NCBI GenBank assembly: GCA_051294375.1
Contig: CM119266.1
Span: forward strand, 10,786,674-10,850,673
Direction: 5' to 3'
DNA: 64,000 nucleotides
Source: Paraspadella gotoi
Taxonomy: Eukaryota > Animalia > Chaetognatha
Shown: piece after piece, positions 27,328 to 42,026 of the stretch
How the letters are laid out: the number at the start of each line of letters is the position of its first letter
Numbering within the stretch: the first letter of the stretch is position 1
Notes under the pieces: generated by a model
What the model saw: the letters and a program-made list of their open reading frames with translations, nothing else
Told to the model about the DNA's origin: nothing
The model's database searches: none
Program-made: the position numbers and the translations under genes

Positions 27328-30300
27328 ATGGATCCTGACCAGCACAGCATTGACATTTTTCCTTTTTTAAATACCAACCGGGTAATCCATCCAGAACACT
27401 AACTGAATCTAAAAAGACCGCATTAGTGAGTCCTTTCTACAGAACAAAACAATTATTTTAGTTTTTAATCGACATTCGCAACTCAGAATAATTGATACCT
27501 TAAACATTCCTGATTTCTACATTCTTGATAAAAATGACTCTGAAAACCCACATCAGCGAGTGGAGTCTGCATTGGCATTCCAAAAGAATTCTCTATTCGT
27601 GAATTGGAGCTAAAGCACAGTTTCAATGAAGGTTCATAGCCAGAGATTCAATCGCTGAAGGGGAAAACTTTTGTTGTTGGAAAATGTATACCATCCATGT
27701 AAATTGATGCCAGAAAAATTCATAAAACTATGGAGAGAGATAGCTCAAAAAAAAAGATCATGACTCAACTCTCCATCCCATTACATTGGAGCAAGAACAG
27801 ATTCACAGGAGGCGCGAGCAACTTGTTGGGACATAAATCACAAAGTATCAAGCTTCATCGTTACATAAGGATTCCTATGCCTATCAATTCAGCAAATTCA
27901 ATGGTGATGGAATCTCTTTAGACTATGTTTTCCTGTATCAAGAAACTGCAGCCAAATTTCAGAATTACAAGTTTTAGATGATGTTGGGAGTGATCACCCT
28001 CTAGTGTCACCACTTTAGGTATGGAAAAACAACAATGTAAAAAATAATATAATCAGAAGAATTAAATTAATGACCAAAATCGCTCTACATGTAACACTAA
28101 GTTTTATGATTTTTACTCACGGGTGATACCTGGAGCTTAAAAAGACGACTCGATGTGACACGAAGTTTGGAAACCGTGGACAAAAAATACATACAAAATC
28201 GAAATCCGAATGTGACTATGAGAGGTAAACTGTAGAACCTTGGAATCATGGCTGTAGTTGTCAAGTTGCAACCTTGGAAACAATTAAAAGTAAACGGAGA
28301 AATGGCAAAGCTCAAAAACGACAATAGTACTTCCCACCATTTGACAAACATTGGACTAAACCGAAGCGAAAGGATAGAAGGAGAGGAAAAAATTCAAGCT
28401 TTATTTTCACGAGAGTTAAGAGAAAATTAATAAAAGATTGAATATCGTCATGAAAAAATATTTGCCGAAAAAATTGAAAATGGAAAGAGCTAGTGGAAAA
28501 AAAATGGAAACTTAATTAATTAAAATTATTGGTAAAAATCGTGAAGTGACCACAGGCTGACTGGCATGTGGAAGAAAAAAACGGCTCATTACACACAGAA
28601 TAAAAAGAAAAAACTCGCACAGTCTTTCTGCCGCACTGAAAACGAGATGACTGATGTCGCACAACTGCCTGAAGCAAATAGAAACAATCAATGTTTTTGC
28701 GGAAAGAAAATTTCAGGACAGCATTAGGAAAAAACACATTTTTAAACCAATAAACAAATATTAGCCATTCAGAAATAACAACGACATGCAACATTGATTT
28801 TGTATTAGAATGTATAAAAAACCTTAAAAATATAACAAATCCGCAACCTAGACAAAGGATTGGAGATCACATCCATCGATAGATGATGACGAGTCTACCT
28901 ACCTTAGGATATTACTCTGTACAGTTTTTCTATGGGTGCGATGTGGTTCAGACTCAATGACAAACTGCATTGCTGACTGGAGTACTTCCCTAAAAGCGTG
29001 GAAGCATATCATAAATTTTTGGAATGCTCCAACCGGGCAAAAAAAATCCTACAGATTAAAGGCTGTCCATTAAAAGTTACCACCCATGAAAGTATAGATA
29101 TCCGTAACTGGCAAAATATTAGAAAGTCATTTAAAAATCAACTTGGTCAAGGAGACAAATACAACTCTCCTTTATGAGTCCACTTCAGTCTGTACTTACG
29201 TGCGAAGGAAGATCAGCCCAAGACAAATGTTTTAAGATTGGTGAAGATATTAACTTGGAGGGTTTTAGCGTGAACAAGAGGAATGTGTGCTCACAAGTGG
29301 CTGTTTGCCTCCTGCTGAAGATTTTTCTGTCGTTTCAACTCAATGTGAGTGACGGCCGACTTATCTCTAACAAAATGGTATCAAGCGCAGAGAGTATTTC
29401 GGAGGAATACTTAAGAATTTATTACATCCTGGTAATACTAAAATAGAACATTAGCTAAGAATGAATGTCGTTAGGAGGTCACTTCGGGTTTCAAAAAAAC
29501 GGTTATTCTTCATCAAAATAATATGGATTGCTGCCCCACAGGGAGCAATACTCAAGGGCCCACGATGTTCCAACCTCTTTTACAATTGTATGTGGAGGAC
29601 CTTCCACCACAGAAAAACGTTGTGTTTCTCAATCATCACAGAAGAGGGCAAGAAGTATGCCGTGATACGATTTCAATTTAATAGGGCCTTCAAGTCGGCC
29701 AGAAACCTACATGAGTAAAAAAATAAAACTTCCAGCCCGTCCTCAACAAGATTTTTCAAATCGTTGGTGTGAAACATGGGAACTTTCAACTGTTACCCCC
29801 AGGTCAGATCCATTTGTAGCCACTGTCTTTAGTAAGATTTGTCCAAGAATTATCTAAAAGGAAGACAATATTGATACTTTACATTGGGCCCATGATAAAT
29901 CGTTGCACAATGGAGATAATGGAATTTAAATTACTTGGAATGATACTAGACCCGAAAACTTTAATGTGGCGGTACTAAGTTGAATAAATCAATTAAAATT
30001 GAAACACAAAGCCCAAAAAAAACCAAAAAATACTTGCGGAATTATAAAATCAAAACCGGGAAAAACATGGGCCTAGCGTGAAACACTCGTGCGCGAGGAC
30101 GGATTAACTTTCATCACCAGGTGTTTCCAAGTGAGTTATACTAAAGCTCCAGTGCAAGTCCATTCCAATATGTTTCGTCGATCATTCACTCTCAATGTTC
30201 GTGTTTTGCGAACTGCCTCGACCGATAGTTCTGCTAGATATCCACCAATATGGGGTTCCACTAAGAATTGCATACAGACACAATCATTCATTCTTTGGCG

Positions 30301-30560
30301 TTGGCTTATCACGATTTTTACTTAGCGTTGAATCTCCTGCCCGAATACTAGCTCATCTTGCCCTCAGTCTAGTGGCTATTTCCGTCGAAGAAGTCAAATG
30401 AAAGTGACCCGCATTATCAAATGCAACTTATGCTCTAAAGCAAAATAGAAGAATCAAAAGGTATAGTAACCAAAACAACCCTCTTTTTCCGACTAATGCC
30501 ATTTTCTTAAAGAAACTTGAAGCGAGAAGTCACCAAGTTCCCACAAATTCTCCTCTCACG
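27328..30560 (+). pseudogene. LINE ORF2 (AP endonuclease + reverse transcriptase), frameshifted as assembled
   Basis: APE motifs: GVCIGIP (~27560), NVYHP (~27683), LDYVF (~27918), LDDVGSDHP (~27975-28000). RT motifs: TGKILE (~29110), QS..GRSAQD (~29185-29225), PQGAIL (~29535), degenerate YADD tatgccgtgat (~29656), WCETW (~29766), KYLGMILDPK (~29930). No RNase H domain recognised. The end coordinate is approximate. Confidence 0.85.
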
Positions 30561-31561
30561 TTCTTGCTTGACAGAAGAAATTAAATCTGAGTCCAAAGAT
30601 AGCATTATAAATGTCAAGTAGAATTTCTACGGTTTTCTTTTGTAGATTCATTGGTAATATCTGTTCTCTGAACTTATAAGCTGGTTTATATTCTCTGAAA
30701 AAAGATTAAAGACCATTTAGGAAATTAGTTATCCGAAATTTAGCTCATGTAATTGATGAACTCATCTACTACTCTGTTGTGGGGAATATATCTTTCACTA
30801 ACTTTGTCGAACTCTGGTTGTTTTTCGGTTTTATTTTTTAGATAACAAAGGCTTATACTAAGAAGGTATATAGGCCGCAGAAACCTGGCCAGGGGCCGTG
30901 AGTGTCCGGTAGATTTCCTACATTCTTTATTCTTCTCTCTTTGGCTAAGCGTACTTTCAGATCTCCTTTCTATCCATAACCGCTACTCTACATGCATACT
31001 CTGCCTCCTCTTCCTGCCTCTTCTGCTTCTCTCATTTTGTTCTGTCTCTGCTCGCCTGTTCTTTCCGGCCATCGCCGACGATCCGGGTCCATGCCAATTT
31101 TACCGCGGAGATCACAAATAACTTGTTGGTCTCGGTTACTTACTTCAAAGGTCCGGATTGGTTAGTTTCTCTCAGAAGCACCCTGGTCTTGCGATTCTTT
31201 CAGGACACTGTTTGGTTGAGAAAGAATCTTTATATTGAGAAATTCTATGTTAAAAATCATTTCGTCGGCAACGGTCAACGATGCAAAATTTATAATTGAT
31301 TAAAGAGAGGAGATTTTCACAACTGCCTATCTGAAGGAACGGAGGCCTCCTAAGCGTATTTCACTCTCTACTCTCTAGTGCACTCCCCTCACAAATCGTC
31401 TCAAATTAACTCGCGGACTGAGTCTCTAGCCTCCATATCATTTCCCAAAGCATCATCTCGCTCAGACTCCTCTCTTCTCTCTCTCTCTCTCTGCTCTTCT
31501 CCTCTCTCTCTCTCCCTCTTCACTTCCCTCCGGTCACATCGCGGAATCCTAGCTAAACTCC

Positions 31562-31628
<67 letters not shown>

Positions 31629-32527
31629 CTCTCTCCTCTCTCTCTCTTCTTTTCACCTTTTACCCCTGGCAACCCCTTTGCGAATCCCGACAAATCTCTG
31701 TCATATCTACGCAATTTCACCCCCCCCGGCCCCCGATTCGTTTCCCCAATCGGTACAAAACGAGAGAGAAAAAAACGAGCGAAAAACTCGAATTCGAGCT
31801 AAACGAAAGGCGTGGCGGGAGGAATGGCAGGCGGGTGGCACTGGTGAATGGCAAAGGGGAAATGGCATCGGTGAATGCAGAAGGGGAACGGGAATTATTG
31901 AATGGTTGGGGGAGTGGTATTGGTCTATGGCAAGTCCTTTTTGGTTAAATGGCATTGTGGAATGTCTAGGGGAAATGGTATCGATGAATGGCAAGAAGGA
32001 ATGGTATTGGTCAATGAAAATGGGCTGATATCACCAATGGCCAAAGAGTTGCATCGCTGTCAAAGGAGTCGCAAAGATAATTTTCAAATACATCAAAATT
32101 TGACAAGCTCGAAATCGGGAGTTCGTGTTATGTACATTGTACGACATATATGTATTCTTAGTTAAAATGACCCTTTTCTTCTTTTCCGCACTCTTCGCCA
32201 TTCGCCTCTTTTCCTCTCCCCCCTTTTTTTCTTTCTATTTCCATCTTCCCCCTCTCCTCTCTACAACCCCCTCTCTCCCCCCATTTTTTCTTTTCTATTT
32301 CCATCTTCCCCCTCTCCTCTCTTACAAACCCCTTTCTCCCCCCTCCTCTCCCCCCGAAGTCGCAACGGCGGGCTTTGTATCCCCCATGTCGTCGCGAGGA
32401 GACTCAATCGAAATCCCTTTCTTTCGCTTCCCGCTAATTGGCAACGAAATGCAGAGCGGGGAAGGATTACAGAGGATTTGAGCCGAGACTCAAACACCTC
32501 GCCTCTCTCTCTTCTCTCTCTCTCTCT

Positions 32528-32586
<59 letters not shown>

Positions 32587-32774
32587 TTGCTCTCGCTCTC
32601 GTGAGTTTTCTTTCCCCTTTCCTAGTTGCTTGCCTCTTTTTTTTCTTCTTTTCCCTTTCATCTCTTTATTTCTTCCGTTTTTCTCCCTTTTATTTTTTAT
32701 ATATATATCTTTATATGCAACAAACTATAACAAATAAAAAAAATGAATAAAGGAACCGTTATCATTGGACTCAC

Positions 32775-32831
32775 CTCTTCGCGGCACTTTTTGATGTTAT
32801 CACCTTTTTTGCCAATTATACTTCCCACCTC
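32775..32831 (-). CDS. PCBP: Poly(rC)-binding protein (PCBP/mub family) coding exon, KH1 GxxG loop
   Basis: The minus strand reads ctcctttccgcag|GAG GTG GGA AGT ATA ATT GGC AAA AAA GGT GAT AAC ATC AAA AAG TGC CGC GAA GAG|gtgagt, giving EVGSIIGKKGDNIKKCREE. The exon is 57 bp, phase 0-0, with canonical AG/GT. It is absent from the supplied ORF track. Confidence 0.93.
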
Positions 32832-33476
32832 CTGCGGAAAGGAGAAGTCGGGGGGAGGGGAGAAGGGAGAGGGGAACGGGGAACGGGGAAGAGGGGAGGG
32901 GGAAGAGGGGAAGAGGGCAAGGGAGTTGGGAAAAATCGGGAGGGTGGGAAGGGGGAAAAATATCGTGTTAATGTTTAATCACGAGCGATAAGAGGGAGAA
33001 ACTAAATAGATTATTAGCCACCAACGCCTCATCGAAAATTAATCGTAATTGACAGAAAAAAAAATGCAGAAAGTAACTAAAAATTAAGAAAAAAAACCAA
33101 AAAATACCGGTGTTATTAAATTTAGATTAATTTTACACATTTTAACGAGGGGGAAAAAATATAACGCGATCCTATCGATATCATTGCGCGTTCAGTATTC
33201 GCCGCCTCGATTCTTTTTTTTTTTTTTTATTATTCTTTATTATATTTTCTTTTATCGTTTTTTAAATAAATTTTCACTAACAAACGAGTTTGATCTCCTT
33301 CATTAGCGCCATTATTTTTAAAAGAAGACGACGACTCCGACAGCTTTCACGCGGAAAGAAATTTTCTTATCGAAGAAGAGGAACTCTCTCGAATCTCTAG
33401 AATCGAGACCTAAAAATAGAAAGTTATTAAAGCTCTTCAGACCAGATCCCTCTTTTAAAAAGATAGTGTCTTCTCG

Positions 33477-33550
<74 letters not shown>

Positions 33551-34274
33551 ACTCATTCTTACACATTCACGTAATCTCACCCTCACACGCTTAAGCCTCA
33601 GCCTCGTTTCTTCCGGTAATCACACTTTTCTTTCGCCGCCTCTTTATAAAATGAACGACCATTTTTCTTTGACGATATTTTCTTTAATAGAAAAAAGCTT
33701 CATCTCTTTCGCTATTGTCATCGTCGTCGTCGTCGTCGTTGTCGTCATTTTTCGAGAACGAAACAGCAAGAAAAGGTTCTATCGTTTTATTGACGCAATC
33801 ATCGTTTGATTTAAGCAATGATGAACAGAGGAAGTTACAATAAACATGTAGAGATATCGTCGTTGACTTTGTCGTTGTTGTCATTGTCCTCGTCTTCGAT
33901 TATCTAGATTTAACTTATGTCTTTGTCATCGTGGTCTTGACGTTCCGATCGAGTTTGAAAACTTAATCAATGCGCTATCAGAAATGGTTATTTTCTCTAA
34001 TTACACAACAGTATAAAAAAAAGAAGAAAAACAAATTAAAAAGAAGAAAACCTGTACTTATAAAAAAGGTCGAAAGATAAAAATGAAAATCGCAAAAATG
34101 GAACCAAACTGACGCAAATTGTTACCCAAAATACAGTTGAACTCGAAAGAGCAGCGAGAAAATAAAAAAAAAGAAGAGAAGAAAAGAAAAGAAAAAAGAG
34201 AAGAAGAAAAAAAAGGAAAGTCCCATAAAAATTGTTTCCGTCGTGATTCCATTGTGATGACGTCAAGCGTGAAA

Positions 34275-34317
<43 letters not shown>

Positions 34318-35349
34318 AGTCGTCAGCTCGTGACTCAAGCGGAACAATAACTGTACTTTAAAAATCTTCACTTTGTCAAAATTCTCGTAAAATGCGAGAG
34401 AGGAAGACGACGACGATGATGACGACGATGACGACGACGACGAATAAGACGACGACTTTCTTTTAAGTTATCACACAAGAGAAGCTAATCAATAACGATT
34501 AGATTAATTAATATTTTTCTAACTATTGTCATCGTCATATGAAAAACTTAAAGGGGACCACGATGCCGGCGACGATAACGACGACGACAACGACGACAAC
34601 GAAGAATATAAATCAACAACTTCCTTTTCCGTTTGCATCGTTACGTCTAACGAAAAAAAATATCTCGATAGATGGAAGAAAAACTATTTTTAAAAGAAAA
34701 AGAAAGTTGATGATAGCAAGAGTGGGAGAGGAAGGAGAGAGAGGAGAGAGAGCAAGAGGAGAGAGAGATGAGAGGAGAGAGAGAGAGAGAGAGAAGAGAG
34801 AAAGAAGAGAGAAAGAGAGAGAGAGAAGAGAGAGAAGAGAGAGAGAGAAACGAGAGAGATGAGAGAGAAAGAGCAGAGCGTGATAATGACTTCAGTATCT
34901 GAAATATGAGGCGCTCGCCGCAAATTGGGAGTAATGCTCGCCATAATTAATTACCAAAATCCATAAATAATAAAAAAGAGAGCGGGTGGAAATCGTTCGC
35001 CTACTGAAGGCTCAGTCCCGCCGCCCAACGAGAGAGCGGCAGAAATTTATTTGGGGGGGAAAAAGAACTCGCGATGTTCATTTGTCTCTACAAAAATTCG
35101 AGAAGGGTGGGGGGAGGTGGAAGAGGAAATAAACTACAAAAAATGAGGGCAAAAATATCATCAATCATGTATCTCTCTCTCTTTCTCTCTCTCTATCCCC
35201 CCCTCTCCCTCTTCTCTCTCTCTCTCTCTCTCTACTCTCTCTCTCTCCTCTTCTTACCCCTCGCTTTCAGTAACCCAGTAAACCCGGACTTTTTTCTCCA
35301 CTTTTCAAAAACATGAAAAAGAAAAGATGTTTGTGCGAGAGAGAAATGG

Positions 35350-36220
35350 TAGTCGTCGTCGTCGTCGTCGTCGTCGTCGTAGGTTTTTTCCTCCGCTTCT
35401 TCTTCTTCGTCGCTTTCGTCGTCGTCGTCATCGTCATCATCGTCGTCGCTTTCGTCGTCGTCCAGGTGTGGATGACGGAGTGCCCTTGATTACTCGCCGG
35501 CGCGGGTTTTTCTCTCGGCGGCGCCGCCTCCGACGCCGGGCCCGACCGGCAGCGCCGCGGCGCGCCGGCGCGAAGTCGAGGGCAAAAAACTGGGTCAAAC
35601 TCGACTGCGGGGGAGGGTGAACGATGGAGAATGGAGGTGGCGGGGGTGGTGATGGTGGTGATGAAAGAAAGGGTAGGGACAGGTGAGAGTGAAGAAAGTA
35701 TGGGAAGGTGGAAAATGAGGAGAGTTGATTTCTGTCGACTCGTTTATGGCAGCGCGGATTGTTTTTGGATATGGTATCAGAGATGGCGTTGGAAATGGTA
35801 TTAGAGATGGCATTAAATGGTATCAGAGGTGACGCTATCGAGTCAATGACTATTCTGCAATTTACGCTCGAGTCGAATTAGCCGTTTGGCTTTCGACGTT
35901 TTCAACTTAATTAACGACGTCGTCGTCGTCGTCATTTTCATCGTCGTCGTCGTCGTTTTCATCGTCGTCGTTGTCGTTTTCATCGTCGTCGTCGTCGTCG
36001 TCGTCATCTTCGTTGGAATCTTAATCATCGTCGTCGCTGTCTTCGTCGTTTTCGTCGTCGTCTTCAACGCTTCGTCTTCGTTGGAAACTTAATCATCGTT
36101 ATCATCTTTTTCGTCGTATCGTCATCGTCGTTTTTTTTCCGTCGTAATTGTCGTTGTTGTCGTCGTCATTGACGTCTTCGTTTACGTCGTCATCGTCGTA
36201 GTCTTCATCGTCGTCGTCGT
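35350..36220 (+). repeat. (GTC/TCG)n-rich degenerate trinucleotide field
   Basis: Repeated cgtcgtcgt runs with tttcat interruptions at 35350-35462 and 35915-36220. Similar runs occur at 2530, 11090, 15360, 19400, 21190, 25180 and 34275. Confidence 0.9.
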
Positions 36221-36785
36221 CTCCGCTCCTTTCCACGACCCGTTGGAGGCTCTGGGTTCGCTCCCGCCCCTTTCCTTCGCTCTTCTCGGGTCAACGAAGA
36301 TTTTCCTAGATTTATGACTGCGGGGCTTAGAATTTCCGTGGGGTGGAGGGGGAGGAAAAAGGGAGGGGAGGAAGGGGGGTGGGGAGGTTGATAGAGACAG
36401 AGTGGAGGAACTTGAGATGGAGTTTCGTCGCTTTCCAGTGACAGATTGCGAGATAGTAGGAAAACAGTTTATCAATTACAAAACAAAGTATTTCCGATTG
36501 ATTTGAATTAATATCGAAACTAGAGGTAGTTTTGGGAACACTGAACTAAAAGTACTTAGAAGCTAGAGAATCTTGACTTCGATGAGTTTCTTTTAAAATC
36601 ATTATTTTTATTCCAATGATTACGACTTCAATCTGAGAGGCCGAATTACCGGTTTCCAACAAAATAATAATAATGATTTTAAAAAATGGCGCGTAATTTC
36701 GAGAATAAAAAAAATTTATCTCCCTATAATCGACCCGTAATCCCCGGATTCAGCTTTTCACTTATTTCCGGATCGTCAGGTCTCC

Positions 36786-36856
36786 GAATCCCTGGATCTC
36801 CGGTTCCCCGGATCCCTGGATCTCCGGTTCCCTGTATCCCTGGATCCCCGGATCCT
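36786..36856 (+). repeat. 24-bp tandem repeat (ATCCCTGGATCTCCGGTTCCCYGK), about 3 copies
   Basis: atccctggatctccggttccccgg atccctggatctccggttccctgt atccctggatccccggatcc. Confidence 0.85.
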
Positions 36857-39707
36857 AGATTTTACTTTCTTTTTTCGTTCGACGACGATTTTTCTTCCCA
36901 AAATAGTTTTTTTTTTAAAGACGACGACGACCGAAAGGGAGGAAGGATCAGTTTTCCACCTTCCTTCCCGCCACCTCACCACCTTCCCGCAACCTCGCCA
37001 GTTTCCTGCTTTTAAATCTTTTCTTAGCCACCTTCCATTGCCAGATTCATTCATCAAAGGAATGGAAATTTAAGCCCCTGAATTAATAATTCTCTTTATT
37101 AGTCTTCTAACCTCGAACCCTCACTGACTGGAGTTACATTCCAAGAATTCTCTCCATTCCAAGTTACATCCTTCTCGCATTCTTTACATCCCTCGCAGGT
37201 CGCGCGATCCCCGTTCGATTCGAAAATCTCTCTTCTCTTCAAAATAATTTACGTCTTTGTTTTGAGGCTTTTCCTCTCCTTTTTTTCCGCCACCAATTCC
37301 CCAAGGAAAAAGATAATTCATCTTTTTGATTTCTATNNNNNNNNNNNNNNNNNNNNNNNNNNNNNNNNNNNNNNNNNNNNNNNNNNNNNNNNNNNNNNNN
37401 NNNNNNNNNNNNNNNNNNNNNNNNNNNNNNNNNNNNNNNNNNNNNNNNNNNNNNNNNNNNNNNNNNNNNNNNNNNNNNNNNNNNNNNNNNNNNNNNNNNN
37501 NNNNNNNNNNNNNNNNNNNNNNNNNNNNNNNNNNNNNNNNNNNNNNNNNNNNNNNNNNNNNNNNNNNNNNNNNNNNNNNNNNNNNNNNNNNNNNNNNNNN
37601 NNNNNNNNNNNNNNNNNNNNNNNNNNNNNNNNNNNNNNNNNNNNNNNNNNNNNNNNNNNNNNNNNNNNNNNNNNNNNNCGCCGCCGCCGCCGCCACAGCC
37701 GCCACAGCCGCCGCCGGAATGATGACGTCTCCGGTGGTCGGTTCCTCACGTTTCCGTTTCGGCGTCGAAGCACAACAACCGCGGGTTCTTAACCTCCAAA
37801 GGTCGGGTCCCTGAGGCCGCGTCGTTTCCTCCCTTTATTCTTTCCTTTTTCTCTTATTTCCTCACTTCTTTTCTTTCTTCCTTTTTCTTTTCTCGATTTG
37901 TTTTTATATTTTTTTCTTCACCTTATTTCTATTTTTTCACCTTTTTTCTCGTTATGTTTAGTTTTTTTTTTTCCCTTTGGTCACACGAGGGTCTGACGGA
38001 CGGAGGAAAGGAAAGGTGGTTCCTCCTATTTCCTTCACTTTTCTTTTTTTTATTATTATTTCGCTTTCGACTTTCTTCCTCGCGGCGATTCTTAAATATT
38101 TTAGTAGTTTTCGTCACTGCGATACTTTTTCTCTTCTTTTTCTCTTTTCTTATCCTCGTTTCTTTCTTTCCTTCTGATTATTTTTTTCCCCTTTNNNNNN
38201 NNNNNNNNNNNNNNNNNNNNNNNNNNNNNNNNNNNNNNNNNNNNNNNNNNNNNNNNNNNNNNNNNNNNNNNNNNNNNNNNNNNNNNNNNNNNNNNNNNNN
38301 NNNNNNNGGGCGTGAGTCAAGGATAAACAAACAAACAAACAAACAACAAATAACATAACTAATTAATAATTAGTAATTATTGTTCAACTTAAAACTCCTC
38401 GAACTCAACCCGCAATAATATTATATTGGTTGTACCCATTTCATAAATTTATTTTAGTAATTTTTATTGGCATAAAGTAAAATTTAAAACAAATTTAAAT
38501 TAGATTGAAATTCCACTTTTTCATTATCGTGAACTATCGAGACAGGNNNNNNNNNNNNNNNNNNNNNNNNNCAGACAGATCTTTCACAATAGTGTTATGA
38601 TCTGTTCCTCACGAGCGCCGCGTTCTAACGACCGCCATTGGCGACAGGCCGTTAGGGGGGCGACTCGTTGGGCGGGCCTTGTATAATATAAAGTGTATTA
38701 GCATGATGTGGTCTTCCCATACCTACGATAACGCTCGTCCTGCACCCTAGTGTGCACATGTGGTCCGGGTGCATGGCAGCCTTGTGTGTCGAGATGCTAT
38801 AAGGTGCCGGCAACGTCCACTCGAGCCCTTATAAATATATATTACATGAAACAATCTCTACACGCCCTCTGTGAGGCACGCACAGACCTACAGCAATAGT
38901 CTTGTCACGCGTTCACAACCCACGGCAGGTACTCGCACCTCCTCTTTCCTCTACCACCCCTCTCTTCCATCGACTCACTCCCGCCCACAACCCAATGCCT
39001 ACGCCTTCTTACCCGGGCCCAAGGGCCAAAAGGGGGGTAAATAACGCTGTCTTTACATTTTTATGGTAAAAAACCTTAAAATGGAGACGAATACCCCTTT
39101 TTTTTTAGAGTCATTTAGATAAACGGAGCCATAATAACCAAAAGGGCCCGAAAAGAAGAAAAAAAAAAAGGAGAGAAAAAACAAAGAAAGAGCACGAGAG
39201 GTATGCGAGAGAGTAATAATGGAGTTTCAAGAGGAAAGAGAGCGAGTGGAGTGAATTTGGAGAATAGGGATGGTAATGCAAGGTTCGAAAAAATAGAACA
39301 TGTCAAGATAGACACGAGGAAATAGGACATAGAAGAGAAGAGAAGATGAAAGAGACATGGGAAAGTGCCATCAGTAGAGACGCCTGGTAAAAAATGTTTT
39401 TTTCCAGAGGCCAGAAAGTGAAAAATGCAAAAACCCCCAAATCACTCGTTGCATCATACATCGTCTCCGTATCTCTGTTTCTGCGCTGTCGTTTCCCGTC
39501 CTGCTGTGTGTTTTTCGGCCATTTTTCTTCTTTTCTCTGTCTCTGCTTTTTCAAATAATACAAACCTTTTTCGTTTACCTCCTTTTTCTCACCCTTTCAC
39601 TTCCTGCTCTCCTTCTCTCCTCTCTTTCCTCTCTACTCTCCTCTCTCTTCTCTTCTCTCTCTCTCTCTTCTCTCTCCTCTTTCCTCTCTCGCAGCGCCGC
39701 GCCTGGA

Positions 39708-41893
<2,186 letters not shown>

Positions 41894-41995
41894 AAAGATG
41901 GCGGAGCGCGTTACCGCCGTTACCTGCGCCGCCGGTGCTGCCGACGGTTGATGGATACAAAACAAAAGGCAGCGGCGGCGGCGTAACCGCGAGAA

Positions 41996-42026
<31 letters not shown>

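Larger units (their letters stand above)
25497..31362 (+). mobile_element. Non-LTR retrotransposon (I/Jockey group LINE), apparently full length, antisense within a PCBP intron
   Basis: The element starts abruptly after the (TC)n run at 25484-25496. It has a gag-like CCHC region, APE motifs and RT motifs in the expected order, then ~0.8 kb of 3' UTR running into a (CT)-rich tract. Base composition (A-rich, no long microsatellites) differs from the flanks, and the element is absent from the duplicated copy of this intron (about 14620-15090). The 3' boundary is approximate. Confidence 0.9.
13594..32496. repeat. Large inverted duplication centred on the 25-N gap at 20367-20391 (left arm 13594-20366; right arm 20392-25496 plus about 31480-32496)
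   Basis: The arms are collinear reverse complements throughout, for example 20160-20245 vs 20392-20480, 15085-15220 vs 25357-25496, 14300-14620 vs 31650-31950 and 13600-13760 vs 32345-32496. Differences are mostly 1-bp indels. Confidence 0.97.

Noticed and set aside
30850-31360. Hammerhead ribozyme in the LINE 3' UTR
   Set aside because: Only partial CTGAAG or GAAAC fragments are present. The full CUGANGA...GAAA core with three stems cannot be built from this noisy sequence.
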